Below, piece by piece: positions 24,401 through 39,400 of a stretch of 64,000 nt of DNA. Position 1 is the first letter of the stretch. Each line of letters begins with the position of its first letter. The translations under genes and the position numbers were made by a program. The DNA is from Raillietiella orientalis (lineage: Eukaryota), in NCBI GenBank assembly GCA_036172245.1, contig JAYWIR010000013.1:2604001-2668000 (forward strand), given 5' to 3'. The notes under the pieces were generated by a model. That model was not told where the DNA came from and ran no database searches. It saw nothing but the letters and a program-made list of their open reading frames with translations.

Positions 24401-27400
24401 CGACAGCGAGCCGTTTGACTGCCATTTCGTGGCACTCTTGAACGTGCGTGAACTTAGCTGGAACGGACTTCCCTCAGGGAGCCGCCTTGTTATTTCCGGA
24501 AAGAAATCGGAGAAGTATTGACTCGAGTTTGCGCCAGTGGTGGAAACTCGGAGGACATCGCGCGCCTTGCGGACCGACCGCATCTTGCGAACGGAATCCG
24601 GCGTCGTCCACACCAACCCACCGCTCTCGAACTCGTCCACACGATCCCCAAAATATGTCGCGAGGCGTGCTTCCCTGCCGGCTCTCGAATGCTCTCGAGG
24701 AAAAAGATCGAAGCGCAAGCACCTGGAGCTGTAGGGTACAGTCCGCAGGGAATTCCCGAGTGCCCCTTTCCGAGCGCTCAAAACTTCTCGACCTGCTTAC
24801 CTGACAGTGCATGTCTCGTTCGGGAGCCTCAGAGTATACAAGCAAGGACTGTAGCAGTCTTTCGAATCGTGTTTCACTTCCCACTTCATGGCTTCGTGAC
24901 AATCACCCTTGAATGAGACGCGCTCTTCTCTGTAACACATTGGGTCATCTGGAGGCACAGCATTGGTTTCCACACGATGCCTGGGGGCGTTCCTTACAGG
25001 TCGGTTTGAATTCCCTGGACACTTCCTTGCTTCCTCGATTGCTTTCCACCTTGCAGTGATACGTTTTGTTGGCCAGTTTGGAGATGTGGCCGCTTATCCT
25101 CAAGTACAGCGGGGACTCTTCAGCCCTGCAGCAGACATCCGTTGACAAAAGTGTGCATTCGGGCGGTGTGACAAGCGGGAGTTGGTTTGTATCTTACGCG
25201 TGCATGTGCATCGGGGCGTCCTTCTCCAACCCGAAGCTGGCGCGGAAAGGCGTATCGGAACTCACGGTGCAATAGATCTCCGCCTCCCAGCTCTTCATTT
25301 GCGGGGGGAATATGATCTTCACTTTTGGTTCAACTGGAGATGAGAAAGCGAAGTTTGCGTTTCCTGTCCGGTTCGGGTGCGTTTCGTTTCCGAAACAGGC
25401 AGGTCCAGTTTCGGGAAAGCCGCTGTCGAGAAAGGACGGCCTCTCGACGTGCGAATGCAAAAGGTTTCACAAGAGCAGAGAGAACCACGGGAAACCGAAC
25501 GAGGTGAAGGTTGCAACGCTGGCTGACAGAGAGAAGGGAACTGAGCATCGGTTCTCGAGCCAGTTGCTCGAGAACCGATTGGTCAGTTTGAGTTGCTCCG
25601 CACTCAAACTGACCAAGATGGAGTTGGTTTTTGAGCTGGTGCTGCAGAGTGGTTGGATCGTAACGGGTGAGCGCATACGTGCTGCAGTGCAGCGCGGTTT
25701 CTTTGTGTGTGTGCGTGTTTTCACGGACTACCTGTAAACAGGTTTCAGCCAGTGGATGGAAACAGAGTGACCGAATTGAAGACCAGAAGAGACATTTCAC
25801 TCGCGCATTTCCATGCCTAAGGAAATTCCAAAAGTGCACTGGGCAAACAGGAATAGAATTTTCTCAAACGAGGTGGGGAGGCGACCTGGAAATGCATCGC
25901 GAGATCGAGGCAGGCAAACAGTATAAACCGACCCGTCTCAGTTCATACGCGCGCGACCGCCCAAAAGCACGCTCTGAGCAGTATCCTTCTTTGCTACCAG
26001 TTCACAAGGTTTAGGTGGAGACCGCGATGGAGGGTCGAATTTTCCATAGGTTTGAGGAACCAACATTTGTTGGCACATCCGGTGGCACCGCATCGGAAGG
26101 TGTGGGCGAAGCAGGTCGTCGAAACGGGTTCAAAACCGCTTCGTTCCATGGCCTTTGTGATTCCGGGGGACGAAAGAACGCTCCGCTGTACCAAGGTAGC
26201 AACTCCAGCGCAGCTAGGCACAGAGGGCGATGCTGAACGAAAGACCAACTACGACCGCACTCCGTTCGCCAGACAGAAGAGGGGGATCGCCTCACTAGAG
26301 GTCGGTGTGACTTGGCGATTAGCGAAGACAGCGAGCCCCACACCATGTGATGGAATTCTGTAATAGAAACATCCCCAGGTTCTCGCAAACGAGAATCTGA
26401 ACCGATTTCTGCGATTCTCCATTCGAGCAGCGGGTTTCGGAAACCTCAGACCTCAAGCCTTCCCTAGTCCAGAGGTGTGTTGGAAAGCGGGTCATCCTAG
26501 AAGCGAAGAAACAGAACTCGTGACGTGCAGGTGCTGAAGAAAAGATTCCAAAATCAGGTCCTACGTCTCAGAGACCGACGTCGGTCTGTCTTCGATACGC
26601 GAGCGCAAGGAGTCAATCTCAGGATGGCCTTTATCCCGCAAATGTGATAAAAACCGATACCTAAGAGAATCGTGGACGCTGGTTGAATCAAGAGCAGGAT
26701 GCTGAAGGTTTTGCATTGCACGCGTGCGAAACAACACAGAAATGATCCTGAAGCTACGTAAACACGTTACTTACCTTTGTCGGTGAGAACACGTATGACT
26801 GTTTCCACCTGTCGAAGAAATGGAATTCCCGCAGAAGTGACTCCTCTGACCTAAGGAAACATCAGTGTTTAGTGTGGCATTCCTGGATCAGTACAAGCGA
26901 ATGCAATTCGGCGGTTCGGACCAACAGAACAAAAGCGAAAATTTTGATTTTCTTTTACCGTTTATAGAGTCCGTGGTCCCAGACCTCAGCTTGTCGAGCT
27001 ACTTGCGGGACGGCATGCATGTTCAGACGGAAGAAAGAAGAAAAAGTGACTCGAGCGAGCGAAGAAAAACACACAAGGGACGTGATTCAGAAATCAAGTT
27101 TCTTCCGCACAGGAAGGAAGAATCCAAAATGCAAGATGAAAGACGGAAAGCGATTTTTTGTGCAGACGAACAACGACCTCGTTATGGCTTCCCATGTCCA
27201 AGAGGCACTCTTCTTGCGTATCATCCTTGTATCGTTCATACAAACACATCTTTGCCGTCGTCGAGACCGAATCTTTTGCGTTCACTCGAGAAACCGGAGC
27301 GGGCAGCTGTGTGTACGCGCAGCTTGCTGTCACGACGAGGGGAGGAGAAAGAGTTGCATCTTAGCCACGTGGTGGATGTGGCCAAGGAAATTAGAGACTG

Positions 27401-30400
27401 TTTCCCCCACTCTTAGTTCACTCCGCACTTTCATCGAGTTTAACAAAATTTGCCAGATATTGAAAACTGACGAAATTTGATATTAAAAGAAGGAAGAAAA
27501 GAGCGCCGTCAGCGGATCAGGCAGTGTATTTGATTCGTTTTTGCAGCCATTCCGTGAGTCATCTCCCAGTTGTCATTCGACTTTGGAGACGCTCGCTACT
27601 TCCTCTGGCGTTCCGTTTTTGCTGATTTCATCCCACAATCGCGGGATTTTCACGGGACTTTTTCGACCTCAATTAACGAACTCCCATCCAACCGCTCGGT
27701 GTGGTTTTATCGCGAGGTCAGTTCGTTTGATTTCCGAGCTCTTAGACCCGCCAACCAGAATTTAGTGTTTCCTTTCGGATTCGACACACACTGAAAGATA
27801 AGAAAAAGTGTACCTTGACGAAACCAAAGTCGACCATGACACCACCAATAATGTAGAGCTCGTATTCCTTTTCTCTGGGAGGATTTGTGATCTCCAGCTG
27901 TGCAATGCCGTTTCGATCATAAATCTGAACCAAAGAAATCAAGCGGACGCCATCAAATGGAATTGGATAGAGAAAATAATCCAAATGGGCCGTTTCTAAG
28001 AACAAGGAATCGCTCTTCAGTACTCATTCTGCATTCCCCAAGAATCTTAATTTCAATTGCTGCGTTCTCCCTTTTCCTCCCAGACACATTCATTCGGAAG
28101 TAACACTTTAGCACACACATTCATCATGAGGTTTGAGATTGAAACAAACAGGCATTACGAGAATCCGAAGATAGTTCTCTCATCCGGATCTTGTCACCTT
28201 GGGTGCTCACCCGTGAGTCCGCTCCGTTGGTCCGGCTGACGTCCATGTGGTTTCTCACCTTCTCTTTCTCCATCCCTTTCCCTTCTGCGCGCTTCCACGT
28301 GTTTTTCTTTTGATTCATGAGAACCCAAGATTCCACTAACTGCTTTTCTCGTACACGATGTTTGCCACATTCACTCGCGAGAACGCAAATACACTCTTGA
28401 AGAATTACCTGTTGGATGCACCACGAGCAAAGCATTCCCACATACTATCGCCTGTGGGGATGAACTTTTTCATTCGGACAAGAGAATTCGTGTGATGCGA
28501 CATTCAGCATCCACGGACATGGCATGAAAACAGCGAAGAAACGGCAGTGCGGCTGCGCGTTTTCCTGGTTTCACCTACTGTTCATTACATGGTATAGAAA
28601 AGAGCATCGCAGATGATCGTGTTGCCGTAAGAAGGCGAGTAATGCCTTTGTCCCACGACTGGCGAAAGAAAAAGTGCGCTCACAATGGGGAACCGGTCCG
28701 TGAAACGGGATGGGAAAAACTCGCATCGGAGTGAAAGTCGGCTGCACAGCTCGCGACACGTTCGTTTTCTGGAAAAATCACAGCTGGGCAGCGGGCAAGG
28801 TGGAATCACACTTCGGAATCAGAAAAGTGAAGAAACTTGATTCTCCCTCGTCGCCAGCGAATCCTGCCAGTGAATTGGTAGAGTGAAGATGGAATGATCC
28901 TGTGTGTGGTAGCATTTCGAAATCCTCCTAGCGTTTTCCAGGCGTGGATCTTGTGCACGGAGGTGCTCCAGTTCTTCCCTTGTTTCACCCGGACGTGCGA
29001 CATCTGTCCTGAGTCTTTTCGGGGATTGCGGTGAGTGAAAATCGGAATTATTCGTGTCAGCAAAACTTTCTGCCTCCTTTACCCACCAAGTGTCTGTGCT
29101 GCATGCATGAAAAACCATAAGTATGCGAGTGAAATCAATCAAAGATGCGTTAGCGGCGCGAACTGCACTAAGCAACGTGACCATTTCCTCAGATCACAAT
29201 GGTGACTTTTAGTTCCTTGCCTGCCTCCGCGCACAGCATCTTTTGCACTTGAAGCATCGAAAACACATGATAAAAAAATACTACAGTGAAAAGCAAACAC
29301 GTGACGAAAACACGGACGGAAAGCACACCTGATGGAGCGTGAATCCCGTGATGATTGTTCTCGTTTGAAAATGAATGCCTTCCAACCCTTCCTACTTACA
29401 GCCATGAGGAAATCCTGGCCTGCAATTGAGATAGGTCCTTTCCCATTTCTTTCGCTGGTAGATACAATGATCAGAACGGTCTTGCAATCGACGCATGCTC
29501 TTGTGCTGTTGCTGGTCTTGAAACTCCTAGTGTCCTCGCACTCACAACGCAATGAATCTGCGCATTCGTTCATTTTCTCCCGAAAAACTTTCAACGCAGT
29601 TCTCTGGGCAAGCGTTCATTTACGACTTTCCTGAAATGCTATGGCAATATCGCCCATGTCAAGCAGCCTATTAAAAAGCTTTCGGTTTCCATGCGCATAA
29701 CCAGCCCAATGTTTCAATTTCCTTCAGTACTACCGCTGTGAATTCTTCCGTCTTGAAGATGCCACTCTCCATCCTCATGACCCGCTGCAGCATCAGCGCT
29801 GCGCTCCTGAAACTTGCAACCGGCTGCACAGGTTCCATAACGAATCCGTCCGATGAGCAATTCTCAACAAAAAGTCATGAGAACCATGCACTTTGCAAAA
29901 GTTGCGTGTTTTTGCTACCAACGCACTGATGGCATCCTTGCAGTGTGCGCTCCTGTTCGACCAGCAAGGCCGGATGGTTTTCTCAAGTCGGCACGAGCCG
30001 CTCTTCGGAACACTGTCCCTTCATCTCTCGTACATGGATGCAATGCTCCATTTGCTTCTTCGGAGAGCGCCCACTTCATGGCAGATCATCACCACCACCA
30101 CCATCCCTTTAGTTTCGCTTCCATACCTTGGATTCTCGCTGTTCCAAAAATGCAACTCCGGAGATTTATTTTCGCCTAGAACCCAACAGGGGTCGCATGC
30201 TTGCAGTCATGCCAACCGTCCGGTCATGACATTCCTTCGGCTTCTTCGGCAGGATCGCGAGAGGAAGGGAGCAGGCTCGTCTACTTCCCTTCCAAGAGGA
30301 CACCATGCAGCACTACGAAGCCGCATTACTCGACACCTCCATGCGAAGCTCCCCTCGTCGCTTTCCCCGAAAAGAGCAACGCATCGAGGACCCAACGGGC

Positions 30401-33400
30401 ACAGCACTGCGCCACGCGATGCACTTCCCTCTGCTTTCTGTTCAGACAGAGGTCGCGAACGGACGCTGCCTGCAACACTCGTCTCTGAGGAGACTGCGTT
30501 CCGCAATGCGGGATTCGTTCAATCGTACGGATGCACCCTACTGTTCTCTTTCCGTTCGCGAGGAAAGAAGAGCACTTTTCCGGTCGCGACTGTGACGCAC
30601 ATCTGCCTCATCAAGATCCAAGCTTTCGAGGAGAAAAGAGCAGCTACCTAATAGCAGCTTCTTGCTCAACCATCACCTGAGGAGGAGCAAGACCGGCTTG
30701 GGAGGGTCTTCTCGTACCTGAGGGAAGGTAAGGGATGGCATCGTTCAGCGGAACGGGAGAAAGCCCGAATCCTCCGTCTATCTCCAGTCCGCCGAATCCC
30801 CTGACTTGGAAGTAACACAAGAGTTTCAAGTCGGTCATCAGTGCGATTGTGTGCACCCCTACGACTGGAAACAGATCAGTGTGCACAACTTTTCCCTGAT
30901 CCATGCTGAGTTCTTGGGGGCTGGAAACTGGCTTTTGAAACGTGATGTCCATGTTGGGCATGTTCAAGGCATATTCTTCGGGATAAATTGTGTGCTGGAA
31001 GACTTGCGTGCAAGCTAGGACAAACGTGTAGTTCTGGATGGTGCCATCGAGCTCGAAAGAAAACGTGCTGCTTTCCGTTCTGATCTCGTAGTGGATCAAT
31101 TCCGCATACAGATGACTCTGAATGACGTATTTCATGAGAGTCTGGAAGACGAGCACATCAGCCACAGAATGAAAACGGTTGTGATCTATTCAGTCATCGC
31201 GAGCGTGGACTTCCCCGCATCAAGATGCGAGCAGAATTGAAGGGATTGACACCGAAGCTCGCTTTCCGACGGAGATTCAGCTTGCGCGACGGTCTGCAGG
31301 GTTCGCAGTTTCGCTAACCGCACGATCGAAATCCGGATGCTGTCTCAGGAAGGAGCCGTTTCGTTTCCAGGGGAAACGGGACGAAATCGGGTTTCCAGCG
31401 CTGGAACCGCTCCGCGATTTCTTTGCAGATTAGGGCATGAAGATGGCAAGTAACGAAACGTCGGACGAAGAGACGGGATGCTATTTCCGATTCCTCCCTG
31501 ACTTCCACGCGTTCTCACATTTTCCCGATCCGTTCTGGAAACTGTGCAGATGGTGGCACATCGTCGGAAACCACGTGCTGTGATTTCGGGACTAAACCCG
31601 CATCGCTAGGATCTTTACGGTCTGTTCGCGGAAGCACAGGGATCTGTGTACACTCCTTGTGCAGAGCGCTGAATCCTTGATTCTATTCAACGTTCCCATA
31701 TCTCCTATCCCCAGATGCACGTCAATCGTCCTTCCACAGAATCAGAGAAGTGTGCTCTTGAGATGCAAATATCCCGAAACTTTGAAATATGCACTTCGTT
31801 TTGGCGGTTCGTGGGCGAGAAAATTCGAAGGGAAAATGCGAAAACGGTGCCCTGGAATGAGCTCGTACCTTCTTCATCTCGCAAAGCACCCATCAAGACC
31901 AGTTAAAGCGAAAGGCAACAAAAATTGAAAGAATGCATGCAACCGTTCCACTGAGTGGTTTGGATGAGTGATTTTTCGTATCCAGCATTTCCTTAGTCCC
32001 AGAAACGCCCAGCAGTGGGAATAGTTTCATTGCAAAAAAAAACAACCTCTGCCTTTTTCTGTTTTTCGATGCATCGTCTCTTGCAGCTACTCTTTAGTGT
32101 CGCCTCCGGTTGCATCTTGAGGACGTGTGTTTCATAAACCCGTGTTTCACCCATCCGTTTCTCTCCTCCTGTGCCGTGACATGTGAGTTGCAGACCAAGG
32201 TTCCTCATTGCCCCTCCGATGTCTTGAAGCTGTTGTTAGCCGTAAAGGAGACGCACTTGCAGCGATCTGAGAGGCGTTCTGATTCAGGTAACTTTCTGTG
32301 GACCCTGATGTGGACTTAATTTTCAAACCTCTTGTCGCTCGTCCGGGTCACGCATCAAAAGTGACGAAAGGCGACCTCGCGGTATTCTCACTCACAGGTG
32401 AAGGTCGAAACTGACGCTATCGCATCGGTCATCATCATCGTGCAATGCTTTTGGCCTCGGAAAGAAAGTGTTTCAGGAGAAAAGACAGGGTTGCTTCCTT
32501 CTGACATGTTGCCTCTGAGATGGTTGCTTCCAAAGTGGCAGCGAATAAGAGCCTTCTACAGTATGGCTTGCTCTTCGGGGAAAGACCTGTTCTGCTCCCT
32601 CAACAGAAGACTCCATCTTCTCCAGGATGCTGCTTTCAAATGTGATGGTCCATGAAAATGGATGCACACTCTTCTTTTCGATGTGAGAGAATCGATCCTT
32701 CCGTATACGATTCAAAATGCCGTTTCAAAAGTGCTTTCTGTTTGAGCTTCTGGATCCTCCCTCTCTTCCTTTATTGGCCAGAGAATTTCGCCTTCTAAAG
32801 GCTGCAATTCCACTCGACGGTAGCACTGTCCTCCTGAAAGCTGTTTTACGCGCTCCGCTGCCTTTTCTTTTTCCAACAGGCTGATCCCGAAAATGGACGC
32901 GCCGCCCCTCCCACGATCTGTATCTCGGTCAGGACAAGTTTTGTCTGAGAGTACGCCCGAGACAGTATTCGAACCAGCCCTTGCACTGCATCCTGACCTT
33001 GAATCTGATACAGCTGACTGGTTCTCTGTGGAGCTCACGTGCTGATTGCTGGACTTCGTCTCGGCCATCAGTCTCGCGATAAACATGACGGATGTAAGAG
33101 ACTTTGCTTTCGTTTCCGTGGGAAAAATTGAAAGTTTGCGATCGAGACATTCTGAACCATTGAAAAATTCCTCCACAAGTTGCTGACGGTGGACAAACAC
33201 CATGGAGGTCTGCAAGAGTTTGCCTCTCACAAGCGATTTCCTTTTGATCTGAATACCATGGAAGCAGTACATCCTGGTTTATTATCAGTATCATCCAGTT
33301 CCCCAGTACGCATGGAATGATCTTATAAACCGCCGATGCTATTGCGTGAAAATGGAATCTGTAGACACTGCCAGGTGAATGCGTGCGCTGCTCCCTATTG

Positions 33401-36400
33401 TCCAAACCGCGGATGCTACGCCCGTTATGGGGTCGCCCTGACCTGGTACAACGTGGGCTCGCACAAGTGGATGCAGCTGAAGATGGTGGGGGGTGAAGAT
33501 CAGCCCCCTGCCAACGGACAGGACCCAGCCCCGTGCGGACGGGCAGACGTGATCGCCAGAGGCGGCGGCGGGAGGGGCAGACCCCTCCTCCCGCCCGTCT
33601 CCCCACGAGGCCCCGCCCTGCACGCTAGTCCGTCCAGGGATCCCGAGGCCGCCCGGGACCTCGGAGTCAACGAGCGACGACCCGACCGAGCGGTGGCCGG
33701 ACAACGCGGTTCTACTTAACAGCCCTGTCCCTTCCCACCAAGTTCACGATGCAATCCACACGGCTGCTTCCGAATTAAAGTGGAGACATTGCCTTTCTTC
33801 CATGTGGGTGAGTCTTGGAAACCACCTTCCATAAAAATGAAGTCGGCAGAAGCGGTTGTAGGAGTTTTGTTGCCTTAGACCACGGGTTGCACCTTGAATT
33901 CGAAATTCTTCGAGCCAGTTACGTTCCCTGACTTCCTTGCATTCCTTTCCTTTCTGCCTGTGCAACATGTCTACAGTGATTCTCCTTAAGGACCAATTGG
34001 AACTACGTGAAAACACGGCAGTAGCAAGGTTTGCTTCTTCCTATTCTTGGTGGCGAGGACAGTCACCGACTTTCCTGCAGCGCTGCTGCGGATCCTTCAT
34101 CGAAGCTATCCACGCGCTATTTATGCGTAAGGACGTTCTGAAAGGGAAAAACGGATGCCGGGATCTACGCGCCCTTGGCCTTGGCCTTGTTTCGTTTCGA
34201 AATTTCGGAATCCCATCACCCGGATCCAGTCACTAGGATCATGAGTGAATCACGTTTTGAGAATAGTAAGTTGCCTCATCGAGACAGTGCAACAAGCGAA
34301 ACCTGGGCAATCAACTTTCATTCGTGTTTGAAACCGTGTTTTCTCAGTGGATCTTTCCTTACATGGCGTCATGATGTCGTCTGCAGACACTCCGGAAATG
34401 CTCCTCCGCGCTGGACTTGGATTAACGAAGAAAATTTTCCCACGGCAAGTGGCAGAGCGGACCGAATCGTGTAAACTGACCTGCCACCATGCTCGTTACT
34501 TGACGGTGCTGAAACGTTCGTTTTCAAACCCGGAAGCCGCTCTTACTCAACGAAACCGTAGGACCATCAGACACAAAAATGGCGGCTCGCTGCATGTTCT
34601 GATGCTCCGATTTCAATCCCTTCAATTTTTTGCAACAGCGAAAATCAGGTTGCAGATTAATGCAACATTGACATGATAACGTACGTCCACATGCGTGTCC
34701 CGCAACGTGATTTTATCATGAAAAGCGACTATTATAAGAAAGGGACACGAATTTTTTCATCAGCTTACATCTTGGCCATGGGCGACACTATGCGGAAATA
34801 CCATTACTATGGATGTAGTGGACATCAGAATATCATTATAAAATGGACTGAATGACCTTAAGTCCATAGTGAGGTGCACGAAAACATACTGAAATACAGG
34901 AAACATTAACGAATAACACCAACAGTGAACGATTATTGAATACATTAAAGGAAATCTCACCTAATGAACAGTCCCAAAGATTTGGTTATGTATTTGGATT
35001 GTGAAATGCCTTCGGTTCGATTGTCTTGCCCAGAGTCAAACAAACCGGGGATCTGGGCGTTTCCGAGGAAATGGTAGCATACTGAATGAAATAGGTGGGA
35101 CTGCTTGGACTATGAGCGAGACCGCCTCTGGAGCAAGCAATACGGACGACCGTTTGCAAAAGAATGGGAATGTACGCGAAACGGACACTGCTCACTATGG
35201 TGAGTGTATGCTTAACGAGGAGTTTTTTGGGGGGGAGGGGAAAAAACTCTATTGGTATCTTCACACGTTCCTTGAAAATCGGGATATGTGAACGCCGTTT
35301 CCTCCATCCAGAGAGGACCGAGAGGTCTGTGCTGACGGCCTCTCAAACTGGCTTCACTTCAGCCGCCACCCTCAATTGCAGCATCAAAACAAACGTATCC
35401 GAAACACCTCGAGCTCACGTTTGTGTTTGCGTGCGATTTATGAAACCCAAAGAAATTTCAAACTCAAGGAATGGGAGCGAACTCTTCCGAGATCACGGTG
35501 CAAGAACCATCTTTCGGTTTCAATGTCTCTAATTGTAAAATGACTGGGACAAAAAAATTTCTTCAGCTATACGTTTCCTCCTACTTTGTGTACGTCTGGA
35601 ATTATACGCGTTCAGTACTTAAAACAGATCCTATATTTTGGTATGCGCACTACATCAAGAACGAACACGAAAGCATTTGTCATTGGTATACACACACATG
35701 TATTATTTCCGCCTGGGAAGCGATGTTTCCCTCATGTCATGCTTGCCGTGGACACGCGTTTCCGTCTATTGAATGAATGAGCTCTACCTTTATTTTCCAT
35801 TCCATCGACTCCTTCAAGACTTTCTCTTGAACGTGTTTGTACTTGCTAGCCGCATCAGAGAATATCATGACAAAGGACCTGAAATCGACAGAAGTAGCAG
35901 CTTCGTCACGGAATCTTCAAGATGTTGCAAAAGATTCCATTTCGCGCATCCCAGCTGCGATAGCCCGCACGGAAACGCACGCGAATGAGGAACGCGGGGA
36001 TGACCACCCACAAGGAATACGTGAGAGACCACTTTGATTGCATGTCAACCGACACAGACCCTAAAGGCCTGCAGTCTTCGCGTCGCAACACTCTTTGCGG
36101 AATGCGCTTCTCCTTCCGGAAGGACAAAGGTGACCCGTTACTTCGGGTGGAGATGTTAGAAGACCACGGAGAAATCGAGCTCTGCTTCCCTCTTCATCAC
36201 CATGCAAACAAAGCGACGTTTCGATCGAGGTTCGAATGTCAAGTTGGATCCTCCCAAGAGCCAGGGTCGCTTTTCTCCATCAACCTTCCAGAAAGAGGGA
36301 AAACTTCAAACGCCATCAGCTAATCTGTGCCAAGCTGCCGGAATATCCGTCCCGAATGCGTCCGTCGAGACATTTGTAAACAAACATCTTGACACGGCCG

Positions 36401-39400
36401 TGTGATTCCGAATCTGATTCCCGGTGTTGCCCCTGAGAGATTTTCTCATTTCCGTTCCGGAAGACAGCGACGACTCCTTCCTTTGCAGCTGATCCAAATT
36501 GCCTAATCGGTGTTTTGGAAATTTCGCTACTCAGTGTAACTGCTCGCCTTCATCCTCCTGACCAGGAATCGAGAAACAAACGCACCAATTAAGAGATGCT
36601 CTTCAGTGTCACTTGATCAATGATATCCCATTCGCATTACTCTGGAAGTAGCCAATGGTTTTCCTTGTTTCTCCTTGTTCCTTGCACTACTCTTCGTAGT
36701 TCTTTGCAACTATCCTTGTCTTACCTGGTCCCCCCACCTTCTATTCCTCACTTCGACTAGCTTCCACGATTCCTCCCTTCGTGTTTATTTTTCTCCACGA
36801 ATCCTCACTCAGCTGCAAGCAGGCCTTCACACAGTCGCTTTCTTCCGCTTGCGCAGGCTTGTGGCCAATCTTTGTTCAACGTTAGTGGACGGAATGAATG
36901 TTGCGGGAGACGAGTTTGAAGAAATCTTCCTCCAGTGGAACCTCGGTGCTTGCTGTGGTTGAAAATGGTCTCTTCTAACCAAATGTATTCTTCGCTTGGA
37001 CCGCGCCTTCCCAACCCTTTCCCACACTGTATCTTTCCTCAACTTGGCACCTTTCCCCATTTCTCGTGGGCGTCGCCCTTTCATAGGAACAGATACACGG
37101 AAACAACCTCTTGTCGGTTTTCCTCTCAAGGGAGCAACATGCTGTTGCACTTTCTGGAAGGGCCTCCCTATTCAGCCTGCCGATCCGAATAATGCCAATG
37201 CATTTGAGGCTTTGGGTATTTCCCCAACGCCTGACGCTCACCAGGAACATAAGGCTAACAGAAAGCACATTCCTGGTGAGCAGCCGTCCGAACTTCGGAA
37301 TCTCTGTGACTTTGCCAAACGAAAAAACGCATTCCGATTCTTATCCGTAACTCTTCCCTGTAACACCTTCCACGACTCTGTCAGTAACAGGGTGGTGGGC
37401 TGAACCACTCGAGGCTATCCCCCTCTCCGGAGTCTGCCCTGTTTCTGCCACATCAGCATGTCGGAACAAAGGAAAGCCACACCACGATCTCCCCTTCGGA
37501 AAGCTCTCTGACTGGAGCGCCGATGGAAACGCGGTTCCCTGACGGAGTGCTGCTTGAAAGTACTGAAACTCTTGAAATTCGAATCTGCGGAAAGAGGACT
37601 GGCTCTGGACCTTCGGCACATGGAAAGTCGGCTTCCACCTGCTTGCCGATTTTCCCGAGTTCAAGTTTTCCGACAGCGTGAAAGCACAGAGCGAGCAGAT
37701 ACATACCTTTTTTGCACCATGTTTAGTGCTACGGTATCCAGAGTGTGGTATAGTGTTTCCGGAAGATCTTCTGAAAAGCTATCTCGCATCACAACTTTCA
37801 GTATTTTCAGCAACTCTTCGTTTGTGTCCGCCACTCCAACTAGATGGGAAACACAAGGAAACTTGCAGTGTACGTTTGAATTCTTGTCGAGCACAGGCTT
37901 AGAAACTACTCTTTCATTCCTTGTTTCCAAATGGTGTCGTAAACCCCAAGCACTTGCAAAACGAAGGCATTGGGAGCGATGAAAGCAGGGGCATTTGAAT
38001 GGATCAAGGTGTTTGAGAAAGCAACAGGAAGCTCTTGTCAGGTTGCCTCTCCACAAAATTGTGGCAACGACGAAGAATGCATCGAATCACACGATTGGAG
38101 AGGGAGCATGCCGAGAGAAAATGTCTACTCCGGAACGCGTTGCGTTGATGTACTCGGATTCGCCGCAGGCGAGGCAGAAGGGATGCTGCCTGTCTGCTGA
38201 CGACGCGGGGCCACCTCAGGAATCTCTGCCCAGATGCGCGGGGGAAATCTTCCGGAACTCCGAACAGTGAGCTTCTCGAGGGTACTGCCCTTGCACGTGT
38301 GACTGCTCAACGCGCTTCAGTTAGGTCTCCAGGCTGGGACTACACGTTCTTATGTTGTTATGGTAAGCTTTCCACACTCCTACGTCGGAGCCACCTAATA
38401 GAATTTCCCCGTGGAAACCGAGTGCTTGCGAGCAGAGTACCGGTTTGCCTTCGTCTTTTACCACCCGGTTGCACTTCCGCTCTCGATAACCATCGGCGTT
38501 CCACAGGAAGCTCATCTTGCCACAGTTCTTACTGTTGGGGAATCGGCAGTGCGCACGTTTCGCAGAGACCCACCGATGAACCTGCAAACAGCAGTTCGAG
38601 ATCGGCGGTCTCTCGTACAGCAAGTACATTTCTATTTTCGAGATTCCATCTTTTTCACGTGGGCTAAGGCACACATGGCCCACAACGTGCTTCGCTGCAC
38701 CAAAGTTTGACTTTTCCTATCTCGATTTCGCATCGCTTCTCCTGGCTTTGATTTTCTACTTGTTCGTACATTAATGCTGGTGTCTTACACATGCTGATCA
38801 AGCTGACCGGTGAGTATGTAGTGCTGCACAATTCCAAAACATCGTTTCTTCCTTTGACTGGCGTCCAAATCGTGAGACCTCATTGCAGTCGGCTGTACTT
38901 CATTCTTCATTCTTCCCTTTTCAGTTGTTGAACGTGGGAAGAGATAGGCCATCCCAAAATGATGGAATTCGCTCTGACTTGAAGACTGTCAAGTTTGCCG
39001 GGTTTCCGAGCAAGAGGCACAAACTCGTCGCAGTTTATAGAGAAGATTCATCCGAGTGATCCCTCGAAGATGCCCACAGCTTCATGCCCCTTCTCTTGTA
39101 ATACCGCAAACGAGTGGGGAGACGTTAACAGAGAGGTACGTCTGACTGGCCTTTTATCAGCAGATCTGCGGCATTTCGCTGCTTGCTGCCAGTTGCCTGC
39201 CACAAGTCTAAACTGATGCACAGCCAAAGCAGCTGGGCGGAAAATCAGCTCTTTCCTCAAAGGACAGCGTTTCCAAGACTGCGGAAATTTTCGCAGCCTC
39301 ACAAAGCAATCACCTTCCCGCACCCTTACTCGGAGGTGAATCTGGCGTTGGAAGGCATTTTACCGAGAAGACCTCAAAACAGAAAACTGGAAACCACTGC

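Noticed and set aside
38732..38750. ATCGCTTCTC, matching the U2 snRNA 5' end
   Set aside because: The match stops after 10 nt and there is no branch-point pairing sequence GTAGTA.
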